A stretch of DNA of 64,000 nucleotides from Ophelia neglecta. Its lineage: Eukaryota. The DNA is taken from positions 30,318,001 to 30,382,000 of the forward strand of contig OZ260663.1 of NCBI GenBank assembly GCA_965285935.1, written 5' to 3'. The stretch's first letter is position 1; every line of letters starts with the position of its first letter. The position numbers were made by a program, and so were the translations under genes. Below the pieces are notes generated by a model. The model saw only the letters and a list, made by a program, of their open reading frames with translations, was not told the origin of the DNA and did no database searches. Positions 12,922-26,009 of the stretch are shown one piece after another.

Positions 12922-13907
12922 GTAAGATCATGATCAATATTCAATGCATGTTAATTATAGTAGTCAGACACACTCTTATGTCTATCGTTGTTAAGCATAG
13001 GCCTATGTCTTCAGTGTCATATGCGTAAACAACCCCTTGTTTAACTTCACATTGAACTTGAACAGCTATATGGAAGGTTTTGGTTGAGTAGACAGGTTCG
13101 CTATATATGACCAAATATGGTATAGTCCCGCTTCAGTGTATCTGCGTACAAACATATGTGTATGACGCTTGTGTACAGACCACTTCATTTATAATATATA
13201 AATATATATATATATATATATTTGAACTCCAAAAATAATAAAAAGTATCTATGTCATAAACCTCTTGACGTAAGTGTGTAGGTGAATGCGGGTTTAATGT
13301 TTATAACATTTATATAACTATATAGCCTCACTCTACAGTCCCCCTGGTACAGTTTTTATACACTGCTTTACCTAGCGGGTCAGTACATGAGCCTGTGAAA
13401 TATTACTGTGGCTGTTGGAGTCTGACTAATACATAAATTTGCTTAGACAAAAGTAAAAGTGTCACTTGTGTGGCCAAGGTTGTTGGATCAACAGTATTGT
13501 CGTTTAAGTAAGTGGCTGTTATTTATTCACGCTCCCAAAATACGGCACTTGCTTTACTTCCTTGTTCGAAAACTACCAATCGACGAAGGGGTGATCCTAT
13601 TTATTAAACACTCACTAACACTCGAGGTACTCCTTATAATAAAGCATTGAACGATATCATTAAGCAGTAAGCCATACTGCCTGTTTTTCTTTTCCTGGAT
13701 AGACATGTTATTGCACATGTTTATATATCTATATAATTTAAACATACGGCACATATAGGAATATTTTTCCAAGCAAATAAGCAAAGAGCACTGAAGTAAG
13801 ATCACGTACGGTAAAATCATTTAAGGATCGATATAACCAACCATTAGATGTGATTATACTATAAGTGCTATTGAATTAATAACACTATTTTTGTCTTTCT
13901 TTAATAG

Positions 13908-15194
13908 ATGACACTAGAGAAAAGTGTACGGTTGAAAGGAACCCCTCGGCTGCAGACTGATGAGGAGCAAACGGGAGTTGGTCAAGAGCAAGTTGCTCTA
14001 CCCAAATCAAACAAATCGGGACATGTTACGGACTACAACTCAGATCATGGGTACTTTAGCGTCTCCAGTCGTGGATGGTGCTCCAACAGCACGGAAATGT
14101 GTCCAGTCAATTCCGGAATTAGCCCGGCTTTTGAATGGAGCATGGCTGGCGTTTCAGCCTGTTTCGGTTCTTCCGCACAGGTTACACAGCATTTGATGAC
14201 TTCTCCAATCGATCTTAGCAGCAGTGTCCAAAACGAAGACGGGGCAGACGAGTCAAAATCAGACGACTTCGAAAGACATGGCTGTTGTGTAGAAAACCCA
14301 CCTGGTGAGACATTCATAACTTTCGAGCCTGCCACCGAACCAGTGCCTGAGAAACCCCCAACCGACTCTAAAACAAACACTGAATGTTCTCAGCAAATAG
14401 AATCGCCTCTGCCAGTGGTGCTCGACGACACCAGTTCGCAGATAGTTGAATGCAAACTTTTTGATCAGAACAAAGACGGAGATACCCTGGTCCATTTAGC
14501 GGTTATTTTCGCGTTGCAAAAGGCAATTTTTCTCTTACTACGTTGGACAAACAAGGGCGATTTACACTCATTGCTTAGGGTTCAGAACGCAATGTTCCAA
14601 ACCCCACTTATTCTGGCAGTTCTTACGGCGCAGTCTCGTGTCGTGCGCATGCTCACTGTACTCGGATCATCGTTGAGCATGCGCGATCGACACGGAAATA
14701 GCGCGCTGCACATTGCCTGCCAAAATGGCGACTTGAGAACATTAAAGGCTCTGACTCAACCTATCTCTCAGCGGGATGAGATAAGCGTGTCGTTATTACT
14801 GAAACAAAAGTGTGCGGAACGTTTGGTCGATTTTGATATCAATGCGATGAATTACGATGGTTACACGTGCTTGCACCTGGCCGCCATGTGTGGTCACGTG
14901 GACGTTGTGGACTATCTGCTGACTGACCTCGGCTGCAATGTCAACATAGGGGATGGATGTAGTGGTAGAACTATTTTACACCATGCTGTCGAGTCCCAGA
15001 ACTATGAAATGCTTCGTTTTCTTGTAACCAAAAGGAGAAAACTCCACCTTGAAATTGACGCTCAAACATATGCGGGTCACACGCCTCTGAAATTAGCGTT
15101 TGGCAGGGGACTTTCGTCAATTACAAGTCTTCTCATTCTGCTTGGAGCCGACGGCGGTGCAGCAGAATCTGACGACGATGTGTCGTCTGAGTAG
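13908..15194 (+). CDS. NFKBIA: IkB/Cactus-like NF-kB inhibitor, 428 aa, six ankyrin repeats
   Basis: Ankyrin motifs DGDTLVHLAVI, QTPLILAVL, HGNSALHIAC, DGYTCLHLAA, SGRTILHHAVE, AGHTPLKLA, with the IkB-typical insertion between repeats 3 and 4. Degron-like DHGYFS preceded by lysines; acidic tail ESDDDVSSE. The symbol indicates family, not proven orthology. Confidence 0.9.
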   Translation: MTLEKSVRLKGTPRLQTDEEQTGVGQEQVALPKSNKSGHVTDYNSDHGYFSVSSRGWCSNSTEMCPVNSGISPAFEWSMAGVSACFGSSAQVTQHLMTSPIDLSSSVQNEDGADESKSDDFERHGCCVENPPGETFITFEPATEPVPEKPPTDSKTNTECSQQIESPLPVVLDDTSSQIVECKLFDQNKDGDTLVHLAVIFALQKAIFLLLRWTNKGDLHSLLRVQNAMFQTPLILAVLTAQSRVVRMLTVLGSSLSMRDRHGNSALHIACQNGDLRTLKALTQPISQRDEISVSLLLKQKCAERLVDFDINAMNYDGYTCLHLAAMCGHVDVVDYLLTDLGCNVNIGDGCSGRTILHHAVESQNYEMLRFLVTKRRKLHLEIDAQTYAGHTPLKLAFGRGLSSITSLLILLGADGGAAESDDDVSSE

Positions 15195-17172
15195 AAAATC
15201 ATAAACAATAACCACAGACAGTTAAATAATACATTTTTTCTTTCCATTTATTCTTGATTTGTGGTAAATGTACGTGTAAGGTGAAACAAACAATATCAGA
15301 ACTGACTCCCCGTGCCATCTCTCAAGGAAGTACAATGGATATACGATTATGGAATTATGACTGCCTGGATACATTTTTAATTGTAAATAACGTTCGTGTC
15401 ATTCCAAATATTCTATGAATTGAATCATATAAACTATGAATATGATAAGGGTATAGTTCAAAGTTGATTAATTATCCAATTTTGTTATTAGTTTTTTTTC
15501 GTATTTAAAATTTCTTACTTTTCTTCCTTGTTCGTACTTTACTTTCCCTTGAAACAAAGCAGGAATTAAAAACAATCATCTGAGTCCTGGTTTTCCTCGT
15601 TGGATGGGGATAAGGGCATAATTGTTTAGTTGTTTAAAAATGCACTCGTATCCAAACTGCTTAGCTATATGATAGAAGAGAAAATGTCGAAATTTAAGTG
15701 TAACTGATCCCCACTATCATTCAATTCGGTTATTATTTTGAGTAGCTCTGTTAAAAGAAGTATACTTTAATTTGCTATTTTAAGCAAAAGAGAGCGTAGA
15801 AATTGGTGGGAAAAAAGCCGTATCGCTTAATAAACGTTATGATAGTATATGCAGAATACTATTATAGTAGTAATTGTAAAACCGAGATCTAGCTGTTTGC
15901 TTATACTATGTTTCCTAGGTAAATTCATTTGCTGGATCTTTGTGTGGGGGAATAATACACACTTGGCTTACCCTATCATGCTTGCCGGGATTGCCTACCT
16001 TCGACCGTGTAAATACAGACGAATGTTTAGAGTTGCTAACATCCTCACCTTTTTTGTTTCTATTGTTTATTTATTAATACTTCTATGCCTTTTTTAATAA
16101 ACTATGTATACATAATATACATATGTATCAAAACGACAATAGTCAGTCTAACAATTATTGAATCTCATTTAAATCAATCGAAAGAGTTAAGCTTGACCCT
16201 CATGTCTTTTTAAAATAAACACATTAGAATTACGCGTTTGAATTATTTCAGAGTAGTTTTGCGTTTGGTGTAAAGGGATACTGATTTACTTGTCCTTATA
16301 GGTAGAGCCTAAGGACCTAAAAATGCCATAATCGGGAAAGAAAATGTATCTCAATAGAATTTCTCTTCATAATAGACAATGTGTACAATACAGGCCTCTA
16401 TTGAGCTTAGCCGGTGATGTGAAGAGTTTTCTTTGATCATTTAGATATGATTTGGGGCTGAGTACATAGGGAGATAAATAAATATAGTGAGCTGTTATAG
16501 GTTAAAAGCTGTCCAGGAAGTAGTAACTATATGTTTAAGCTAGGTATCTAGTACGTGGGAATAATAATGGGTGTCGACATGACTCTAGAAAGCTTGCCAA
16601 TATATCAAAACAGAATATATGCCATTTAATTTTAAACTAAACTCCTTGCTTTTCATTAGAATAGAACAATTGAAATGGAATTTTTGAAAAGTACACACAA
16701 TCCTTTCACATATAATAACCCAAGCTATTTCGGAATTTATATTCATTCAGCCAGTATTTTCTAGTTTGATAATCAATGTATGAAGTGTATATCAATCTGT
16801 ATGCTGTGTTCCTTAAATAAGTAAATATTATAGACTGAAATTATCTAACAAAATTCACATATATGTAATTCACAGGTGGTTGCATTCCGTTGTCATATGT
16901 TATTTTGCGTTGCGTAAGGTGAAACACGTGGTCTTTTAGGCGATTCAGATGGAGTCAAAACCGAAATGTAGTCGAGGTATTTATGAATTTGAATTGCCAA
17001 AAATACCACGGGTTACATCTTTTCGTCTACTGACGAAGTTTCATATGAGTCCAAAGCAATCTAAAGGGTGGACAAAAGTTGATAAGGTCACCTAAAGATG
17101 GGGAAAAATGGACTAGGGTAACATACTGGTGATACTTATCATACACATCAAGTGGGCCCTTGACACAAATTT

Positions 17173-17182
17173 GGGGATTTCC
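17173..17182 (+). promoter_or_regulatory. Consensus kB site GGGGATTTCC about 2 kb downstream of the IkB CDS
   Basis: Exact GGGRNWYYCC match; function inferred only from proximity. Confidence 0.35.
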
Positions 17183-19298
17183 TTATTAATCTAGCTCCTA
17201 GTTTACAAAGAACTCGTGCGAAACAGCACTTACTTGCCCTTTGTGGCATCCGTAATAAGACCTGCACCGGGTAGCGTCGTCAACAATTACTAGTCAATGT
17301 CAATAGACTACTTTCGATATAGTTACAAATCATAGGAAACATTAGGAACTATTTGATGCTAAAACTTGACCTTTAGTGGTTTTGCTTGGTCAACTCGTGA
17401 CATGAGTGCTTCTTCTTGATTGTCAAATACGGATATTGTTACTTATAATGAATAGTAAGTCATCATTCGAATTATCACTTAGTGGGATTACTTTTATGTT
17501 AATATCTTATTAATGCATGGGTGTGCTATGGAGATGAGTTTGGTACAGAATCACACCCTCCCTGTGACCTGATGCTCTGTGTCTAGAGTCGAGATCTTGG
17601 CTTAGGTATGCTAGTTTGCAGGCTTTGTGTCTCCCGGATGTTTCAAATTGTATTATATTTGGCACACTCGTTTATTTATACATCTCACCAAGCTCGTGAT
17701 ACGCACAGCTGAAAAAGGTTGAATGCAGGAGCTAATGTCTTTGACGTCATACGGAAATATTACACAATTGATTTAAAGCTAGGAAAGATATATTGGCAAA
17801 CGAAACCCATTGTTCCACGTCAATATAAGTTGAACATATATGTGGATCTACATATCGTGTGTCACTTAAGTGCTCCTATTTCTAAACATGTAATTGAGCC
17901 CTTGAGGCTTTACACTGGTTTCCGAGAAATGGTACAAAAGGAAGAAAGGTCCCAATAAACATGATTTGTTTTCGCACAAGTGTCTCCGCCTATTCGGCTT
18001 TGCATTGCATAATGTTCAAAGAAATGTCAAAATGATAAACATCGAAGGGACACGATTGTGTTTACGTCGTTACATTAGAATCTGTCTCGCTAAATTTTAA
18101 CTTGGGGATTGCATTACAAACTTTGATATGAAGATGCATCCAATTCTTAGATTTTTCGTGGAAGCAGCTAATAGTTCGCACACCAGGGTTGTTCAAAGTT
18201 CTAGTCGTCTAACTGCTACATTTTTGTTTGCTTTCTGTATAATTATATTGACGAAGTTCATGCTTGTCGGATGCTGATAGAGACATTAACAATACAGTAA
18301 TACTCTGACTATAAGTGTTAAAGAAACGAAGTGTTTCCATACTCTACAGCTCGAACCATATAACGCCACAGCAGCAATATATTAAAGAAAAAATAGGGGA
18401 GTGCTTCAAACGTAACAAGTTTCCTAAGCGCCACACGTTGGGTTATTCATATACTGAAACATTGTTTAAGCGTTATCCTCCACGCCATGAAATCTATGTT
18501 GAAAGCATAAAACTATCTATACGAAAGTGTGTTTGCAAAGCTTACTTTTCTATTTAAAACATATTCAGCAAAGAATAACGAAAAGTGAAGGGTGGTATGA
18601 TTCAAGGATAGTAATTTTCATGATCTTTTATATAACCATGGTATTCCCAGTCCATGGTATTCCCAGGGCTTCAAGGACCTATTTGTGTCTATTTTTCATT
18701 TCAGTTTGCATACAAATGTTGATTAAGAAACCCGACATTGTATAATGATCGAGGAAACTTTCCTGATAATGGAAATTTCGTTCATGTGTAACAAAGAACG
18801 AATACTTTATATCACTTATTTACAGGGAAGCCCTGTTGTTATTGCAATATAGTGTGTTTAACACAGGGATGGCTACGGCTTATCAAAACATTGTATCTTA
18901 TATTGATTGTTGGAAAAAAAATGCCAAATATTTTATCAAACTAATTACACTACGATGACTGTTTTGTTCCTTTTAATTGCGGTAGATAGTAATGGCACTC
19001 GGGGGAAGTTAAAACAAAGGGTAAACAGATGGAGGACCTGCTGACGTACAGGCAAAAACGAACCCTGCTTTACTCAATATAACACTCCAAGATGTGAATG
19101 CGTATGGATTCATTACCATTTGAGTATCAAAACCAAACTCTTACATTAACACGCCCTTAAATTAATAATATTAACACATTAACACACAAATATACCCACT
19201 CTTTGCTAGCAGTTCCATTTAACGGAGCATGTCTTCTACAATATATAGTCCGGGTCCCGTTATTTTTAGCATTAGGAACCGCAAGACAATCGTTCTGT

Positions 19299-19341
19299 GG
19301 GGGTGGGGTGGGGGTGGGGGTGGGGGGCTTGTGGGCTGGGG
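19299..19341 (+). repeat. G-tract (GGGGT)n with G-quadruplex potential
   Basis: Seven runs of 3-6 G, the first five separated by single T. Confidence 0.6.
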
Positions 19342-20929
19342 CTCTTAACCTACATTATATACCAGAGGGCCTTTCGAGGATATGGAGCGGATGTCTGGAT
19401 GCCACCACATTCACATCGGAACAGCCTCGTCTTGATCAGACCAAGTTATGAAACTGACTGCTGAGAACAACTCTGCTTATGCAATAAATTTAGCCGATTA
19501 GAAATAATGAGGAGTTCATCTTTTAACGAAACAACTTTAATTGCAATATCAACAAGTATCACAATCCCAAATAATAAGTGAATTATCAACGGAATAAAAG
19601 TATATTACAAGTAAAAGTAACACACCTAGTATAACTGAGTAAAAATACTAAAAGCATTTATAACAAATCACTATCACTCTGCACATCACCTTGACGTCTA
19701 TTCTTAACCTTTTTATATAATGCAATTTAATTGATTTAAATATTCTTATCATTATGATCGATTACACATTTTCGTTGTGGTTTGACATACAACACTGCTC
19801 ACTTGGCAGTTTGAACATTTTGCAGAATTACCACAAGGCATTAAATATAAGGAACTTTAAGTGAGACAGGCGAGGATAAGCAGGATCTAGGTGGTGAATT
19901 TTAATTTTGGTGTCTCCCAAATCAGGCCAACAGTACAACATACTACTGGCATCAATATTTGTTACCGTATAAGCCGACTGAACGTATAGCAGACTAGCCA
20001 GATATCGAAAAGTGCTGCAAAAAGTTTGATGTCTACATAATGATAATTACATCTGGCAACAAGTGAAATAAACATGTTCATAAATAAGTTACATATTAAA
20101 CATATTAGGTGGATGCTTTTTTCGTACACAGCTTTCCATGATGTTAGGCGGCCCACAAATTACATGTAAATTAATTTGTGGTCTTCGTTGGACGAAGATG
20201 AAACGTGCCTGCCATTGAATAAGCTCTCTCAAAAATCCAAGACTACAGCTGAATTTGCTATCATAAATACAAGTTTATTTATATTATACAAGGTGGAACA
20301 TATCATTTATGGCCTAATCAAGAACAGGTTATATATCTTACTAGTGTAACTAATGGGTTGGGCGGGCAGACTTTATTCTTGGGAAACTGAAGTAGTTTCT
20401 AGACGTTCAAGTCTATAGCAATAAGCCAACCAAGTTTTACTCTTGCCTAGCAAGAAGTAGCAACCAGTTTACGGTGACTTGCACTCAATACGTTTCCTTC
20501 AGTCTATATTATAAAAGGAATGTCTTACCGCTCTGTAAGAAGGATTTTCAGCGTTATCAGAATTGCCATACGAATTCTCCTCCCTTATTGGACAGGAAAA
20601 CTATGTGTCCACATAATATTTGTAAACAAATAGTTTCACCGCCAATTTGTCCAACTGGCAAATGATAGTAACAGGACGAAAAATTAGTATAAATCTGTAC
20701 AATAAACCAATCATGATAGGCTTTATAATTAAATGCGATAGTACTGATATTGGTTTTAAATATATATGTTTTGAAACTTACCGATATAGACTATAACCCC
20801 TTATTTATAGGGTCGGAGGGCTTTATGATGCCCCTAATGCCACCTTTCCCTTTCCACTGATGAAAGCAGTATGCGATCGTTTTAGTAATAAACAAAATAG
20901 TCCGCCGGTGTACCTTTCCCATAGCGTGT

Positions 20930-21180
20930 GATTAAACCGCCTGTTTGGCGCCGTACACAGCACCATAGTGAGGCGGTCGCTCGATCGATACACATACACG
21001 GCATTCGGAATATTGCTGTACACGGACAACGACCATCAGCACGCGAGCCTGGCAGACCAGTCTACAGAGCGAGGAAGCCGCCATATTACCAGTAAACAGG
21101 CGGCAATGGCAGCGAATAGTTGTTTGCTGGGGACAGGCTTTAAATAACTCGAAATCGCGGTGATTGAGACTGGACTTGGT
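20930..21180 (+). mobile_element. Decayed Tc1-like transposase N-terminal (HTH) fragment
   Basis: Frameshifted pieces RLFGAVHSTIVRRSLDRY / TISTR / YRARKPPYY / IL..NRRQ..R...WGQAL resemble the Tc1 paired-like HTH and the linker before the DDE domain. Confidence 0.45.
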
Positions 21181-24100
21181 CATGCCACGACTCGAGCATC
21201 CCCAAGACATTCCGACATCAGCCGCCAGAGGTAAGACCGTCAGCCGGCATTATCTCCTCTCAGCCTCATTTATGTTTCCTTGTGTATTGGTCACATGAAG
21301 CCCGCCTAAGTACTGACGTAGTTGATCTAATCCTACTCTAATGCCACCCTTTACAGGTGTGTCGCTTGGAGACTTAAACCAGGTTGTGTCCGTAAACAGA
21401 TCTGTCTTAATAAAGACGACCACAATATACCTTCTTCTTGGAACCTTCAAGAAATAAGCATGGTAATTAAATATTTCCTTTAAATATATTCAACCAGTAC
21501 GGGGTACTTGACAGCTTTCATTGGTCTTATGTGCACAGACACTTGAGCGGGGCTGATAAGGACTGAGCAATAATTTCCATTTCATGGTGAATCTATTTGA
21601 CAAATTGTATATAAGAGCCCATTTTCACTGTGTTCGTAATTCCAAGACAGGAGTCACTGCTTATAAAACAATTGGTATATGTGATCTCTTTATAGTTGTT
21701 AGAGTACTGTCAATCTTGGACTCTCGCAATGAATATTCCTACTTTGTTAACTGACTCGCAGGTTTTGCATTATGAAAAACATCTTTCATTAATTGCACCT
21801 GGTGTCGAGTATCAGTTTTCAAAATTTGCTTTATTCATATTTAGCTTCTGTCTCGTTTTAAGTTGTGACCTGGTTATAGGTAGTTTGTGATCAGCTGACG
21901 AATTTGGATCGCTTCTTTTGTTTCTTCTTGGTCGCAGATTCAGGTTTCTTGCCCGGCACACATTCCTTGTCTTTTGCATTTGGTATCGAGCCATCCGTTC
22001 CAGTCAGTATTCGGAAGACTCTCAGCACAAAATAGTCTTTAATTATTGGGTTACTGGCTAAGTTCTCCTGTAATCGTACTAGAAATTGAAAAACGAAGTT
22101 TAAATAGGCAATAGATCCAACAGTGGAGCTCATAAATATTCTAAAATATATGGCTTATTTCAAAACTGGCATTGACTTTCTTTTCACTAGTAACATTTTG
22201 CACAAACAGCATTGTTGTATTTCATAAAGTTTTCTCCCTTAATCGTTTTCTGCATCAACCTGTCTTAATAACATGTCACTTCGCTTTAGAGCTTGGTATA
22301 CGAAAAATTCAACACATATTTGAATCCCCTTCTTTTAAATGACATGGTCATGTGCAGTTTGATCGTTGCGATAAATTGTAGGCCCTAATGGGCAATTGTT
22401 GCGGCCTATGTATATCTGGAGTTGTCATTGGTGTAGACTTGGTCACCTATTACAAAGAAAATCTTGCTACCGGCCGACTAAGGAAAAACTGGTTGATAAT
22501 AGGCGACTGCTCTTGACCAGTCAGTACAAAAGAGTTCAACAACTTTCAACGGGGATGGGATTAATATAATTGTTTTAAGTACTTTGCCTTAGATATGTTA
22601 TTTTCTATTTTTGTGAGTTCTTGGAACCATCGCATAGCAGTGATATTCTATGAGATGAGCCAGCTTGTCAGGGGCAGTCATTACTTATTGAGCTAGCATC
22701 CATGAAGTCGGAATGATATTGGTAAATGGAAAACATTGATTATAAATACATTGTCTAGGCCCCGTGGTTCCAGCAGGGAACATCAAGAAAGAACAAGCTA
22801 TTTAGTCGATATTGAGTTCTGGATGACACATCTCTGAATGTGCCATCAAGGATCAACCGCAGCAATACTACTTACCAGCTGAAATAAGAAAAAAAAATAC
22901 AACAACTATAGTAAATTTGATTATTAACTGTATGGATTAATAATTTCAACAAACTATCTATTAATATTTCAATAGGACTTAAAGCACTAACGAGAACCCT
23001 TTTCGTCACTCTTGTTTGGTGTCTACGCGACTCGAGACCAGCTGTCATACAAAAGCAACCATCCGTACACTAAGTACTTTAAACGTTTTTTTATTGTCGC
23101 TTTTTTTGCACTTCATCACATTAGTAAATTGCATTATTTATACTTTTATTTGAATTACATTAATTATTTAAATCAAACAAATCAATATCAATATGCAATA
23201 AGACGATCTTAGGCCTTACATGGGAACAAGTGTTTAAACGTCTAGTTCAGTAGTTTCGCCTCTTTTGTACGGCCTTTGCCTCAAGGCTCTAGGGTAATGT
23301 CGCGGATGAACACATAAGCGCCGTCACCACATTGGCTGATCGAGTAGAAAAGGCGCCTAGTCGAGTGCGTCTTTTTTCTGTCTTTTTCTTTTTGTAGGAT
23401 ACTATGATGAAACAATTGCTACACAATATGTCAAAACATTCTTGTTTTGTTTTTTCAATGTCTCCATGTTCCAAATATTAAAGACATGTCATTAAAAAAG
23501 GCACTATACCGGCGGTTGTACACAGCAAATAACCTCGTTATTACGTCACGCCCCCTTAAATTTTAGGAAGTGATGTGTGGTATACGAGGGTCGGTTCGAC
23601 CTAACGCGATTCTCGGGCGAGGCTGTCTTGAATATACAATAAAATAAGTTGTGCTTCCTAAAAAGATGGATTATCATCTTCAAGGAATATGCGCAGGCAT
23701 TTGGTGTATGTCCTACGGGTCAATTCTCGAAGTAAAGCAGTGAACAGCTTATGTTCTCCTGGTGTTAGGCATTGTCCGGTTTCTTTTTTTTAGTTTAGGG
23801 TATCCGCCTAGTTCGAGGCTCGGCACTTCATATTTTACTGATAGGTGCTCTATCAGTCTAAAACCACTTAACTTGAACAACTAAAACAATCATTTCAGAA
23901 TGATTTCTAAGTAAATCCCGCAGACAAATGTTAAACACTAGTTGTCATAAAGATTCAAGGAGTATTTGTACCAAGGCCAATTTACAACCCTTTTCGTCAT
24001 AGAGCACCAGCTACGGCTGTAACCTTTACTCTAATATGCATCTGCAGCACCAAAATCATTGACAGCACAACATGTAAGCCAAATTACCTTTCTATCCCTG

Positions 24101-26009
24101 GGATGTAAGTTAATTTAAACCAGCTTTATTGGATTACCGCTTAGAGTTTTGTTGCCAGATTTGATCCGACATTCAGCTAGTGTATTGCTAATTATCTGCA
24201 ACGAGTGATTACAATCTTGTTACCATCACCTATAGGTCAAGTCGATGTAATACACAATTGAAATGGCTGGCAACAGGAAACCTCGATTAAGAACCCGGGG
24301 AGCCCGATACAGAAAATGACTTCTTCCTGGCATCTTGTCTATTCGTAGACGGGGTTGCCGATTTTATGGTACACATATTGATATTTTCAAAAAAGAAAAA
24401 AAATATACACATCGATTTTCCATATATTTATATTAAATCCCAGAGGATGTTATATATCTCATACGCGTAGATAGCTTGTTGGGATTATTTGGGTATGGGA
24501 ATGTAAAGGGTATTTATCTATTCCTTTGATACTTTATGCTCTCTCCGTGTATTTGCAAAAACACGGTTAATATTGTATGTAAAATGTTTAAAAGATACAT
24601 ACACTCGCTTCAAGTGTAATTGATAATGCACATTATGTATCCTCGCGGCAAAATCGACTTCATACATTTAAATTAATGCCAGTAATGTTATTTGTGATTC
24701 ATTGCGTCAAAAATATGCAGCCCACCATCGAAGTTCCATCATACAGATTCAAAATTCTGCTAAAGTAAAAAAAAAAGGAAAACGGTTTACGTCATTCAAC
24801 ATTTTCTTCGTAACTTTGTCCATTTCTGGTCTGCACCATGTTGAATTTCAGGCCCCTGTTGAACTCGATATATCCTTTGTAGTCGTATTATGTTATCATG
24901 AGGTGTCTAAATGAAATATTTATTCGATAAACTGCAGACACATATTTACATGTCATCGATCACATGTCTCTGCCTGGCTGGCTGGAGGCCTTTTTTTGTG
25001 ACGTAACTAGTCTAACTAAATGCAGTTATAAATCAGACTTTGCAGCTGTCATTTTTTACCATCTGGTGCCATGGGACAAACCAAAATGTGCCTGTATAAT
25101 AACCTGGCGGTGGATTCCTGATCCAGAACTACGTCATTCCCTTTCCCATTCCTCTGGGATATGCCTATCGGGAAAAACCCGGTAACGGATACCTGGCAGA
25201 CGACCGTATATCGGTGATCATGAATAATCCATTAAATCTTACCGAGTCTATCAGGAACATTTAGCTGCAAGTCAAAAACAACAATTCCAGATTCTCGAAT
25301 TGTACATTAACAGCTTAAAAGGTAAAGTTCATGAATATTCAAATCTGATATTATTTAAAATGAATAGTAGTCATATATCTACCCACATATAAGAGTGCCA
25401 GCGGTCAACGTAGCACAGAGATGAACGAGAGGAGTCCACGACGGACAAGGCTCTATTCCGCATGTGCGATTATGTCCACAAACACATTAGTTGAATTTTT
25501 GAATAAAAATGTTCTGTCAGAAGGCAGGCAATTGATCTGTGGGTGCATTTTGGTTCTGTGGAACTCTCGGACCTCAGCAGCAAAGCAACACGTAGAGGCT
25601 CACTGCGGTGCTACAATTTGACCGATACTTCCCGCACATCCATGGCTACGTGGGCGATTATTTAATACAATATGTGGCATGCATTTCGCCATTTTCTAAC
25701 AGGTACAGAATAACCTGAAAGGGAATGAACTTGGGCCTGAAAAGTGAAGCCAGCGACAATGTTAAGAGATTTCTTAAAACAATTCGATGTTCGTGATTTA
25801 TAATTTGTGTCAAATCCTTACAATATACAAAGATATTACACCTAATTTTTGTCTATATCGAAGTTTTTCGATTCAACTCCTTCGTCGTTATATGAACGTG
25901 AATGAATGAGATATGATTCATATGCAGTATATTTGAAATTGATCCCTCTGCAAGCAATGATTAAGATAATGAACGTTCGCTTGGACGCAGAGATAGCCGT
26001 AGTATTATT

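Noticed and set aside
13960-14495. Alternative-frame and antisense ORFs inside IkB (also 28436-28873 and 28590-28772 in the DUSP, 54984-55472 in HCN)
   Set aside because: Shadows of real coding exons with no recognisable motifs.
21250-22133. Minus-strand ORFs as exons of a small gene
   Set aside because: No recognisable domain and no consistent splice path found.
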